Part shown: in pieces, positions 13,294-25,600 of the stretch
Layout: each line of letters begins with the position of its first letter
Numbering within the stretch: the stretch's first letter is position 1
Assembly (NCBI GenBank): GCA_977017645.1
Contig: OZ360228.1
Coordinates: 116,188,001 to 116,252,000, forward strand
Reading direction: 5' to 3'
DNA: 64,000 nucleotides
Source: Torpedo marmorata
Lineage: Eukaryota
Position numbers and translations under genes: made by a program
Notes under the pieces: model-generated
Database searches by the model: none
The model's input: only the letters and a program-made list of their open reading frames with translations
What the model was told of the DNA's origin: nothing

Positions 13294-14211
13294 CCGTATA
13301 TTTCGGCGTATAAGTCGACCCTTGAAACCCTCAAAAATGTCTCAAAAAACGGGGGTCGACTTATACGCCGGATATACTTTTGAGACCTTAAAATCAGCTC
13401 AAAATCGAGTTCACGCCGTTTCGGCGTATAAGTCGACCCCTGAAAACACGATTCGGCGTATAGGTCGACCCTGGAAGTGCCTCCCCACCGCCGGCGCCGC
13501 CGCTCCCCGACACCTCCCCACCGCCGGGCGCCGCCATAAACCACCCAGACATTCTACAATTGTAGAGCCTGAGCTCCCCGCTCCTGCCCGGGAGAACGAG
13601 GTCGCCGCTCCTGCCCGGGAGAACGAGCTCCCCGCTCCTGCCTGGGAGAACGAGCTCCCCGCTACTGCTCGGGAGAACGAGCTCCCCGCTCCTGCTCGGG
13701 AGAACGAGCTCCCCGCTCCTGCCTGGGAGAACGAGCTCCCCGCTACTGCTCGGGAGAACGAGCTCCCCGCTCCTGCTCGGGAGAACGAACTCCCCGCTAC
13801 TGCTCGGGAGAACGAGCTCCCCGCTCCTGCCTGGGAGAACGAGCTCCCCGCTCCTGCCTGGGAGAACGAGCTCCCCGCTCCTGCTCGGGAGAAAGACGTC
13901 GCCGCACCTGCATCTTCCCGGCCAGAAGCAAAGGTATTTTTTACTGTTTTTTTTACTTACCGGTACTTGCTTAATTTACAGCTTTGTTACTTGGCGATTG
14001 GGATGTTGTAACAAATTTTGGGTTGTTGCTGGGAGGCCCAGACAGCCTGAAAATTGGGGGTCGACTTATACGCCGGTCAATGCGCAACATCTCAGGCATC
14101 GCGATTTCTGGGGTCGACTTATACGCCGGATATACCATAAAACCATTAAAATGAGGCTGAAAAAGGGGGGTCGACTTATACGCCGGTCGACTTATACGCC
14201 GAAATATACGG
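13294..14211. mobile_element. Non-autonomous Tc1/mariner-superfamily (pogo/Tigger-like) DNA transposon
   Basis: Perfect TIR CCGTATATTTCGGCGTATAAGTCGACC at both ends, TA on each side (13292-93, 14212-13), and about 8 terminal/subterminal copies of GGTCGACTTATACGCCG. No transposase. Confidence 0.9.
13571..13912 (+). repeat. 27-bp GC-rich minisatellite, 12 full copies plus a partial one
   Basis: Unit gagctccccgctcctgc(c/t)(c/t)gggagaac, translating as ELPAPAREN repeats. Confidence 0.95.
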
Positions 14212-14546
14212 TAAATATTTTATTTAAAATTTTTAAATCACAAAATACATAAAATAAAATATAAAATTATCAAATTATTTGTGATACATTTTCACCCCCC
14301 CTCCCTCCCTCCCCTCCCCAACCCTCCCAACCCCACTAATCTAATAAAAAATAAAAATATAAAATAAAAATAGAAAAAGAAGAAGAAAAAGATAGAGTAA
14401 GGAGAATGCCAATCTATAAACTAATTCTATTATGGAGGTCAAGTATGCCAGTAGATCGGATATCCAGAGATCTTCAAATCCTTAAACCAACAGCTTTCAT
14501 ATATGGGCTCCAAATTTTTAAGAAGAAATGGTATTTATTACGTAAA

Positions 14547-16634
14547 TTATGTAATTTTTTCAAGTGGTATACACGAACGAAGTTCTGCATACCATCTTTC
14601 TAATCCTAAATCTAATTCAGATTTCCAAGTAATAGCAATGCATTTCTTTGAAACAGCTAAAGCAATTCGCAAAAATTCTATTTGATACATATTTAATTTC
14701 ATCTTAGTACTAAATTTTCTAATATCTCCAAACAAAAATATCATAGGATCCATTGGAAATGTAATCTTAAATACTTTATCTAAAAATTTTTTAACTTTCA
14801 ACCAAAAATCATAAACTTTTGGACAAAACCATGTAGAATGTACAAAAGAACCTTCCTCTTTATTACATCTAAAACATAAACCTGATAGTGTCGGATTAAA
14901 TTTCTTTAGTTTTTTAGGTGTTAAATATAATTGATGAAAAAAATTGTATTGTACTAATCTATATCTAACATTAATAATCTTCGTCATACTTAATTTACAT
15001 AATTCTTTCCAATGATTTTCATCTATTCTTACATTCAAATCTAATTCCCATTTTAATCTTGATTTATGCAATCCTACTTTAGGCATTTTCCTCTGAAACA
15101 ATTTATACATTTGAGAAATAAATTTATTGACATCTCCATTAGTAACTAATAATTCTAATTCATTCTGTCTTGGTAAAATCAAAGCATAACCTAATTTCTC
15201 AATCAGAAAAGCTCTAATTTGATAATAACCAAAAAGTTTATTATCTAATATATTAAATTTATCTTTCATTCTTTGAAAAGTAATACATTTCCCAGCTTCA
15301 AAACAATCATTAATCTTCTTAATTCCTTTTTGAAACCAAATTTTAAATAATTGATTATTAATAGTAAATGGAATAAGTCCATTTTGATATAAAGGCATCC
15401 TTGAAGAAATCAATCCTTTTCCTCCTATTTCCTTATCCGTCTTATTCCATATTTGTAACAAATGTTTAAAAATAGGCGAATTTTTCTTTCTTGTTGATAT
15501 TAATTTAGAATCCCATTTATAAATAATTTCTTCTTTGGAATCTTCTCCTATATTATTTAATTCTATTTTAATCCAAGCAGAAGATTTAGTTGAATCAAAA
15601 AATTCATTAACAAATTTTAGTTGAGCTGCTTTATAATAATTTTGGAAATTAGGAAGTTGTAAACCACCCATTTCATAATACCAAGTTAATTTTTCCATAC
15701 CTACTCTTGCTAACTTTCCTTTCCATAAAAAATTTCTAATAATTGAATTTAAATCTTTAAAAAATTTTTGAGGAATTCCATAAGGAATTGATTGAAAAAG
15801 ATATTGAATTCTTGGAAAAACATTCATTTTAATACAATTTACTCTTCCCATTAAAGTTATAGGTAAATCTTTCCAATTTTCTAAATCTTTCTTTATTTTC
15901 ACAAATAATGGTAAATAATTTAATTTGTATAAATTAGCCAATTTTTTGTCAACCCTTATTCCCAAATATTTAATTCCTTCCTTTGCCCATTTAAATTGTG
16001 TAATTTCTTTACATCTACTATAATCCCCTTGTGATAATGCCATAATTTCACTTTTATCAGAATTAATTTTATATCCAGATATTTCCCCATATTCTCTCAA
16101 TAACACAGACAATTGTACTAAGGATGTAGTAGATTTTGTCATATATATCAATACATCATCTGCAAACAAACTAATTTTATGTTCTTCCATTCCAACTTTA
16201 ATACCAACTATTTTAGGATCTTTTCTAACTAATTCTGCCAAAGGTTCTATCGCCAAAATAAATAATGCTGGTGACAAAGGACATCCTTGTCTAGTAGATC
16301 GAGTCAAAGGAAATTTTGAAGAAATTTGTCCATTTGTAACTACTTTAGCAGATGGTTCTTTATATATAGTTTTAATCCAATTAATAAATGTATTCCCAAA
16401 GCCAAATTTCTCCAATACCTTAAATAAAAAATTCCACTCTAATCTGTCAAAAGCCTTTTCAGCGTCTAAAGTTAAAACTAATGGTAAATCTTCCTTCTTT
16501 TTATGTAAATTAATTAAACTAATCAATCTAGCTATATTATCTTTTGAATACCTATTTTTAATAAAACCAGCTTGATCTACATGGATTAAATCTGGTAAAT
16601 AATTAGCCATTCTATTTGCTAAAATTTTTGCCAT
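14547..16634 (-). pseudogene. L1 ORF2 fragment (RT and C-terminal Cys domain), 695-aa open stretch
   Basis: LDAEKAFD, TRQGCPLSP, LFADD, CFRC...H..W.C. Lacks the endonuclease and stops shortly before the natural C-terminus. Confidence 0.9.
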
Positions 16635-17150
16635 TATCTTATAATCTACATTTAATAATGAAATAGGTCTATAAGATTCAGTTTTACCAAGGAGCTGATT
16701 GTAGAAAGGAAAACCAGAAGTATACGATCCAATGATCAGAGATGGAGAGGGTGAGCAAATTTAAAATCCTGGGAGTCACTATCTGGGGGAACCATTCCTG
16801 GACCCATCATACCAATATCATTGTGAAGAAAGCAGGTCACCGCCTCTACTTCCTCTGGAGTTTGCAGAGGTTCGATATGTCATCGGAAACCTTGGCAAAC
16901 TTCTACAGATGCGTAATGGAAATGCTGACCAGCTGCATCATGGCCTGATATGGGGGCACCAATACCTCTGAGTGGAATGCCCTGCAAGAGGTAGTGCATA
17001 CAGCCCAGTACATCAAAAGCAAAACTCTCCTCACCATCGAGAACATCTACATGAAACACTGCCATCAGAGAGCAGAAGCAATCAAGGTTCCACACCACCC
17101 AGGGCATGCTCTGTTCTCACTGCTGCCCTTAAGAAAGAGGTATAGGTGCC

Positions 17151-18005
17151 TGTTACAAAATCAAACCAACAATGACAGAAGACGCAATGCAAAAGGGGTA
17201 AAATTGAAATTATTATTTATTAAACACAAGTAAACATATAATTTCACAACAATTAACCCCACTATAAACGTCTATAAACTCTATTCTTATCTAAAAGGTG
17301 TGTGTGTGTGTGTAAAGCCCAGACCATTAGAGTCTGTGCCCAACCCTTATGTAAAAAATGGAAAACCTTCCCCAAAAACCCCAGGTCAGTCATAAAAAAC
17401 AAGTCAGTCAAAAAAAAAGATAAACAGTCTACAAATTTACTCTCTAAGTTCAGGCTTCAATTCAACTCTGTGTCTGGTAGAAGTACTTCTGAATGAACGT
17501 TGGAGAGAGACAATGACTGTTTATGCTTACAAATACTTGTTTTCTTCTCTGATGACGTCCCCTTCTTGTAGGTTCATAAGGATTGCAAGTTCCAGATCAG
17601 TATACCACTGATTTAGGCGTGTGCTTGAATCTCACAGCTAGTCTCGCTGATCTCACGCCTGTTCTCCACAGAAGTTGCTTTTCCTCAGAATTTCTCTGAG
17701 ACAGGAGGCCATGTGCTCTTCTGCCATTGATTTTCTCTGGCTGTGCACACAAGCCTGGATCTGGCTGTGTTCGGTAGCCTTTGCAACTCACAACTGTTTG
17801 CTTTGCAGAGATCTGCCCCTGCTTTTTGCAAAAGTGCAACAATGTATCTTTTCCACAGTCTGTCTCTCTCTGCTCTCTCTCTCTGGGTACACCAAGTCCT
17901 GGGGAAGTTGACTTTTTCAGTACCTGGCCCCAGTGTGTACTCCAAAAGACTTCATCCTTCCTGCTGACCATCCGCAGTCCAAATGGTCAGTCATGGTCCA
18001 TAACA
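17151..18005 (-). mobile_element. Solo LTR (855 bp)
   Basis: TGTTA...TAACA termini and 5-bp TSD gtgcc at 17146-17150 and 18006-18010. It interrupts an otherwise recognisable Rex1 sequence. Strand inferred only from tttatt near 17216. Confidence 0.85.
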
Positions 18006-19179
18006 GTGCCACAGAAACAGTTGCTACCCCTCAATCATCAGACTTGTAAATTACAAACTCAATCAGAGACTCATTTCATGACTCTAACTTTGCACATTAT
18101 TTATTACTGAATATTTATTTTTTCTGTATTTGCATAGCCAGTTTGTTTACATTTCTTACTTTGTTTACACATTTCTTCTCAAGTACAGTTTACAGTTACC
18201 TATAAGTAGAAATTCTGACTGGCCTGCAGGAAAAAGAATCTGAGGGTGGCATGTTCTACTTTGACAATAAATTTGAACTTTGAACTGTGAATGTCTTAGG
18301 TCAAAATCCGCCTGTCAACTTGAAAGATTAAGTGCTCTGCTTTGCACAGATGCTGCTTGACCTGCTGAGTCCTTCCAGCACTTTTATGTCTTAATTGATA
18401 TTTCCAATATCTGCAGATGTCTTTTGATTTCTATTCCGAAAACAGAACAAATTGAAGTGTTCACATAAAAACGATAGAAGAAACTCTCTTCAAAACATGA
18501 ATGCTCTGTTCACCTTTCCAAAATGTTCTCAAACTTTATTTCATTATAATGGAACTTTCTTTCATAATGATTTAAGTGTGTGCACAGAAGTGGGCATCTT
18601 CACTATTTTATTCATTGTTCAACACAATAAAAGCCAATGGTTTAGACACTAACATCAACTGCACCACAGGTACAATGTTCAAACAGCAACCCAGCTGGTA
18701 TTTCAGCTTTCATACAAGAATATTTTTGATGTCTGATATGAACATATTAATGGTAATGAAAAAGTTGCATTACCAGTTGAGATTGTGGACAAATGGCCCA
18801 TTGCGAGTTAAAGGTGGCAGATCAGAAGAATATTAATACAGAGATCTGTGCAGGAAAGTTTCAGAGATGGAATCTTAACAGAATATTAAAGAGCTGATGC
18901 TGCACTATGAGCATTTGCTGGATCAAAGCTTGGATGGGTCTTTGATCTGTTCCAAAATTGGAATAGAGAATGGTTCCACTTCATTGAAGGGCAATTCAAA
19001 CACTGCAGTGATTGCTGACCAGTCTGCTGAGTTACAAAGTGGTTTCAACTCTCATTCAAGATTTGCTAATGTATACATAGAAAAACTAAAGAAGGACAGA
19101 AACGTTATTATCCAGCTGGATCATCAATAGATCATCAGGTAACAAAAATATCAGACTGGAATATAATCTACGATGTAGT

Positions 19180-21336
19180 ACATTGGATATCAGAAGTCCA
19201 AAAGCACCTCATTACAGGAAGGATGAGGAAGCTATGGAGAGGGTGCAGAGGACATTTACCAGGATCAGAATCAGAATCAGAATTTATTGTCATGAACAAG
19301 TCATGAAATTTGGTGTTTTGCGGCAGCATCATAGTGCAATTAACATTCATATTAACCATCTTTCGACATTACTATAAAAATTATAAATAATAGTGCACGA
19401 AAAGTAAGGCAGTGTCTTTGGTTCATTGATTATTCAGGAATCTGATGGCAGCGGGGAAGAAGCTGTCCTTGTGCCGTTGAGTGCTCGTCTTTAGGCTCCT
19501 GTACCTTTTTCCCGACGGAAGCAGAGTGAAGAGGGCATGGCCTGGGTGGTGGGGGTCTTTGAGGATAGAGACTGCTTTTTTAAGACACCGCCTCATGTAG
19601 ATGTCCTCGATGGAGTGAAGTTTGGTGCCTGTGATGTCACAGGCCGAGTTAACAACCCTCTGGAGTTAACTCTTGTCCTGAGAGTTGGCACCTCCATACC
19701 AGGCAGTGATGCAACCAGCCAGAATGCTCTCCACGGTACACCTGCAGAAGTTTACGAGAGTCTTCGGTGACATACCGAATCTCCGTAGACAGCTCACAAA
19801 GTATAGCCGCTGACGAGCCTTCTTTGTGATTGCATCAACGTGGATGCTCCAGGACAGATCCTCGGAGATGTTGACACCCAGGAATTTGAAGTTCTTGACC
19901 ATCTCCACTACTGAGCCCTCGATGAGAACTGGGTCATGTTCCCCTGACTTTCTCCTGAAGTCCACAATCATCTCCTTGGTTTTGCTGACGTTGAGCTCAA
20001 GGTTGTTGTCATTACACCATTCTATGAGCTGATCTATCTCCCTCCTGTACGCTTCCTCATTGCCATTTGTGATTCTGCCGACAACTGTGGTGTCATCGGC
20101 AAACTTGTAGATGGCATTGGAATTGTGCCTGGCCCCACAGTCATGGGTGTATAACGAGTAGAACAGTGGACTAAGCACGCATCCTTGGGGTGCACCTGTG
20201 TTGATAATCAGTGAGGATGAGACGTTGTTTCCAATTCATACTGACTGTGGTCTTCCGATGAGAAAGTCAAGGATCCAGTTGCAGAGTGGGGTACAGAGGC
20301 CTAGAGTTTCTAGCTTCTTGACCAGCACTGAGGGAATAATGGTATTGAAGGCTGAGCTGTAGTCGATGAAGAGCAGCCGTATGTATGAATTGCTGTTTTC
20401 GAGGTGATCCAGAGCTGAGTGGAGAGCCAGTGATATTGCATCTGCTGTGGAGTGATTGTGACGATAGGGGAATTGCAGTGGATCCAGATCTTAGCATAGG
20501 TACGTGTTAATTCTGGCCATGACCAGCTTCACAAAGCATTTCATCACAGTAGAAGTTAGTGCTACTGGGCGGTAGTCGTTGAGGCAGCCCACACTACTCT
20601 TTTTGGGTACCGGGATGATTGATGCCCTTTTGAAGCAGGTGGGAACCTCTGACTGCCGCAATGAGAGGTTGAGAATGTCCGTGAACACTCCGGCTAGTTG
20701 GTTGGCGCAGATTTTCAGTACCCTGCCAGGTACGCCGTCAGGGCCTGACGCCTTGTGAGGGTTCACCCTCTTGAATGATGTTCTGACATCGCCCTCGGAG
20801 ACAGATATCACAGGGTCCTCAGCCTTTTCAGAGATTCTAGTAGGCACTGTTTTGTTCTCCTTCTCAAAGCGTTGCCTGGATTGGAAAACAAGTATTATGA
20901 GGCAAGGTTAGTAGAACTGGGACTTTTCTCTTTGGAGCGTAGAAGGATGAGAGGAGACTTGATAGAGGTCTACAAGATTATGAGAGGCATAGATAGGGTG
21001 GAAAGCCAGCACCTCTTTCCCATGGCAGGAACAGCAAACACCAGAGGACATCTGTACAAACTGAAGGGAGGGAAGTTTAGGGGAGACAACAGGGGTAAGT
21101 TTTTTTTACGCTGAGAGTTGTGTGTGCCTGGAATGCCTTGCCAGAGATGATAGTGGAGTCTGAACAATAGGGGTATTTAAGAGTCTTTTAAACAGGCACA
21201 TGGATGAAAGACAAGTACTGTTGTGCGCTATGAGGGAGGGAGGGTTTGTTTTATTTGGGGGTAGGTACAGTATTTATAGGTCGGCACAACATCATGGGCC
21301 GAAGGGCCTCCAGTGTGCTGTAATGTTCTATGTTCT
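19180..21336 (+). mobile_element. CR1 3' fragment interrupted by a Rex1 element
   Basis: APHYRKDEEAMERVQRTFTR (to about 19263) joins [35 protein letters not shown] (from 20871). Tail ends ttctatgttct. Confidence 0.88.
19264..20870 (-). mobile_element. 5'-truncated Rex1/Babar LINE (RT to 3' end)
   Basis: [36 protein letters not shown], and (TTCTGA)n tail after AATAAA. Highly similar to 53072-55859. Confidence 0.92.
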
Positions 21337-21519
21337 CTGAACCTGGAGGTGCTGGACCTCAGGCTTCTGTACCTTCTACTTGAATGTTCAGATGAATGGC
21401 GAGGTGAAATGAAAGGTGTTTTTTCATTTTCACCTTGGATTCCTCTGGCACATGGATGAAAGAAAAATAGAGGGTTACGGGGTAGGGTGGGTTTACTACT
21501 TTTTTTTAGGAATATATGG

Positions 21520-22157
21520 TGTAAGAGCCGTAGGCTCATTAACTTACCGTTGTTGCGGCGCTCCGATGTCTCGTCAGGCCTTGGAGCGCTCGCGTTGTTC
21601 TGTAGGCCGTCCTCGGAGCGCACCGAGGCCGCGTCGGGCCATGGAGCGCTCGCGTTGTACTGTAGGCCGTCGTCGGCCCGTTCTGTGCTCTGCGCATGCG
21701 CGGGAGTGCCGACGGGCGCATGCGCAGTATGGAGTGACGTCATTGTGCGTGTTGCAGTCTGGGAAATGTAGTATGCGCGGGGTAGGATGCGCGGTGGTTT
21801 AGGAGCTAATGGGCATGCGCAGATCAAGGATAGAGAGAGAGAAAAGGAAAGGAATAAGATGTTTGGAGGGTGAGTGGGGTCTCCACATCTTTATTGACCG
21901 TTTTTATATCGTTTAACATCATTTTACAGTGTTTCATATTGTTTTGGAATTGTTTAAAGAATAATTTAAAGGAACACTACGTACATCATTTCAAGAACTG
22001 TTTATATTGAGGTCATTGAAGATTGCTGCAAGTCACGTGTGTAAATAAAGGTTTTTGAACATATTGGACTTTGTTGGTGGATTGATTGAAACGCGTCAAA
22101 GACAAGGACCACACTTAGCCTCCAGGTGACTATTGTTGGATCGAAGTCACCGTAATA
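21520..22157 (+). repeat. 5' LTR of the BEL element
   Basis: TGTAAGAGCC...CGTAATA. About 13 substitutions versus the 3' LTR, counted by eye. Confidence 0.95.
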
Positions 22158-22607
22158 TAGTCAATAAAGAGCTGGCTGTTTGGAACAGAAAGTTGAAGGA
22201 AAGAAGATAGAAAAAACTGTCTGAGCTTTGGACAGATATATAAAATGGTGGCCATCTTGGAGATGCCTCGAGTTGGGGGCAGTTTGTAATCCACTTCCAT
22301 CTGCCATAAATAACAGCCAGAGAGGGATTTAAAGCTTCAAATCTTATAATAAAGTGTCCTATAATTACGTTGGAGAAACCATTTTTGGAAAATCAGTGAT
22401 ATTAGTGACGGATGTTGTGGTTGAAACTCGTTTGTGGATTGCAGCACATTACAGTCATTTGAAGTGGTAGGCATAAGTCTGTGGACTCCTTCTGTGTATC
22501 TTTAGCAAGTAAGAACACAGATTGGAATTGCTGCCGCTGGTCCATTGGGGACTGTTGTTTGGCTAGTGTTGTGTATGCTTGAAGGAAAGAGGAACAAGAC
22601 GAGTAAA

Positions 22608-25600
22608 ATGGCCGCAGCAGCCACTGATACAGCAGCTACTGATATATCAGCAGCTGACGCAGCAACCGCTGATGTTGCTGTTGAGGACCAATGTATTGAA
22701 GACATGAAGGTTGCGGATATTAAAGAAGAATTGAAGCGACTGAAAAAGGACATAAGTGGAAATAAAAAGGTTCTTATCGAAAGATTGAAGCTGGCAAAGG
22801 ATGAAGAGGCAGCTTCATTAGTTGAACAAGAAGATAACTTGGAAATGGCTGAAATTGTGTCAACAAATGATGAAGAAATTGAAGTGGTAGAAGATGCAAA
22901 GGATATACAATTTGAATTGGATAAAGAGGTAAGTATGAAGACAACATATGAACAGCAGGACGAAATACAAGCAAGTGACAGTGTCTCAAATGCTGAAAGC
23001 AGGAGAAGCAAAAGAAGTTCTGGTTCGAGCTCCAGAGTTTCTCGTACTTCAAGTTCTGCATCGTCACGTACAAAGATTGATGTTAAATTGGCCGCTCTTC
23101 TTGCACAACAAGAATTTCTTAAGGATAAACATGTTTTAGAAGAACAGGAGGAGGAACTAAAGGAGGAGCAGCTGAGGCAGAGACAACGGCTGAGGCAGAG
23201 ACAACAGGAGGAGCAGCTGATGCAGAACCAACAACTAAGAAAGAGACAAGAGCAGCTAAGAAAGAAAAAAGAACAGCAGGAGCTGAAAGCAAACATTGCT
23301 ATTGCCAAGGCAGAAAAGAAAGCAATAGAAGGCTCAATGGTATCTGGTGCTAGAAGTAAATTATCTAAAGTGTCTGATAATAAAAGGTCATATTTAAAAA
23401 AGGAGTCACAGGAAAATAAACCAACCAAAAGGATAGATATTTTAGAACCAAGGATACAAAACTTGCAAATACCAGGACAAACCTTTCAAGAACATATTGA
23501 TATCGAGTCACATGTACCAACGGTAACATCTGAAAGCAAAGCTGCGGCTTGGGTTCGGTCGAATGAAGCAGCTTCTTTGTTATTTGAGTCAAATATCAGA
23601 AATATGGAAGAAACTACACCAGTGAGGTTTCCAGATACATTGCATGTAACAAGAGACGGTGAACAGAGCAATGTATTGTCGTCCAAGGAAAGACAAAATG
23701 AAATTGCTGCATCATTGTTTCAGTCTCTTCTTTACCCAAGAAAGAGATACAAACTTTTGATGGTGATCCACTTCAATATCAATCATTTATGAGATCTTTC
23801 AAACGCAATATTGAAGATAAATGCCAAGATCGTGATGAATGTCTTTATTATTTGGAAATGTTCACAAAGGGACATCCAAAAGAACTGGTAAAGAGTTGTA
23901 AACAAATGTCTTCAAAAAGAGGATTAGACAAAGCTAAGGCTTTATTGGAACAATATTTTGGCAACAAGCATTGAATTGCTTTAGCTTATATGGATAAAGC
24001 TCTTAAATGGACATCAATAAAACAAAATGATGTAAAGGCTCTGCAAGAGTATACTCTGTTTTTAAGAGGATGTTGTAATGCTATGGAAGAAATCGATAAT
24101 ATTCGTGAGCTTGAAGTGCATAGTAATATGCGAATCATCTTAGAAAAATTACCTTACAAGTTATGGGATAGATGGAGAAATTTGGCTTGTGATTTACAAA
24201 TAAATTACGGTCGAAAAATTACCTTAAAGGATTTGGTAAATTTTCTTGAACGACAGGTGTATGTTGAAACAGATCCACTATATGGAAATACCAGAGATAA
24301 TTCAATGGGCAAAGATGTAAAGAAGTCTAACACACTGTCTAGTCCGAAAGTGAAAAGGAGTACTTTTGCTACTAATGTGTCAGTTATAAATAAAGAAAAG
24401 GACAAAGTAAAGAAGGAAAAGGAAAGTTTGCCTGATGAAAAGAGTTGTTTGTTCTGTAAAGGTGGACATGCTTTGGAAATGTGTTTACGATTGGAAAAGA
24501 AGGAACATAAGGAAAAGATCGCTTTCTTAAAGGAAAATGGAATATGTTTTAGCTGTCTGTGTAAAGGGCACATCAGTAAAAACTGCGAGAAGCGAATTAA
24601 TTGTAACATATGCAATTTGAAACATCCTAGAAATTTGCATATCCATAACAGAAACAAGGAATTGGAAAAGGAGCAAACAGAAACAAAGGAAACAACAGAA
24701 AATAATGTTATAACCTCGGTTCAGACAAGTGGTCTTACTGGGGCCGGGGTGAATAACTGCAAACTTTCAATAGTGCCTGTACAAGTCAAGGCCAAGAAAG
24801 GGGATGCAATAGTAAAAACATATGCATTTCTAGACCCAGGCAGCACTGCATCTTTTTGCACGGAAGGACTAATGAATAAACTTAATATTCAAGGAAAAAG
24901 ATCAAGAATTATGTTAAAAACCATGGGACAAGAAAAGGTTGTTGAAACTAACATTGTTTCAGGCTTAGAGGTTGCTGGATTGGATGACAAAAAATTTTGT
25001 GATCTTCCAAGTGTATACACTCAGAAGACTATGCCTGTGAATGAAGGAAATATTCCTCATCAAAGGGATATCCATCATTTAGCATATCTGTGGAAGGTTT
25101 ATTTACCTGAAATTAATTCTGAGATAGAAATGCTGATTGGTTCAGATGTGCCAAAGGTTTTGGTACCAAAAGAAGTAATAGAGAGTAAAAGGAATGGACC
25201 TTACGCTATTAGAACCATGCTTGGTTGGGCAATCAATGGACCAATGGAAAGAAATAATGATATTGCTCAGGAACAGGTAGCGATAAATATTAATAGAATT
25301 TTGTTTGAGAAAGTTGAAGAATTAAGAGAAGAGCAAAAAACTGTGAATAAGAAAATCACTTTTGAAGAAAAGAAAACAGATCAATGGGAAAATAAATCAA
25401 TGGTATTTAAAACAACATTGAAGGAATTAATTTCGTCAGAAATGGATGAAAGTGAAGTATTAGAAGATGTTGCAAATAATACTATTGATCATTCATGTGT
25501 AATTGAATCAAATACAGGAATAAAACAAGTGACTGAAAACAAATCTGAATGTAGATTTTGTAGTTCAGAGATTACAACAGACAAAGCTAATGAAGAATTA

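Larger units (their letters stand above)
13280..16685 (-). mobile_element. 5'-truncated L1 (RT through 3'UTR)
   Basis: TSD accaaggagctga at 13267-13279 and 16686-16698. T-tract tail at 13281-13288. Same family as the L1s at 844-10665. Confidence 0.93.
12870..18286 (+). mobile_element. Rex1/Babar LINE fragment split by an L1 (13280-16685) and a solo LTR (17151-18005)
   Basis: [10 protein letters not shown] and KFADD-coding sequence at 13040-13155. Resumes at 16699 (FKILGVTI, LYFLWSLQRF) and again at 18011. Ends gacaataaatttgaactttgaac. Confidence 0.85.

Noticed and set aside
13571-13912. CRISPR-like array or repeat-protein gene (ORF 13322-14011)
   Set aside because: Units are head-to-tail with no unique spacers, there are no cas genes, and the context is eukaryotic. 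The ORF lies wholly inside a MITE and is explained by a stop-free 27-mer.
21228-21827. ORFs in the LTRs (also 26762-27136)
   Set aside because: GC-rich LTR sequence is poor in stops, and the ORFs run into unrelated flanks.
22502-23428. 308-aa Ser/Cys/Leu-rich antisense ORF
   Set aside because: It is the mirror of the Glu/Gln/Lys-rich sense ORF and shows no independent coding signal.
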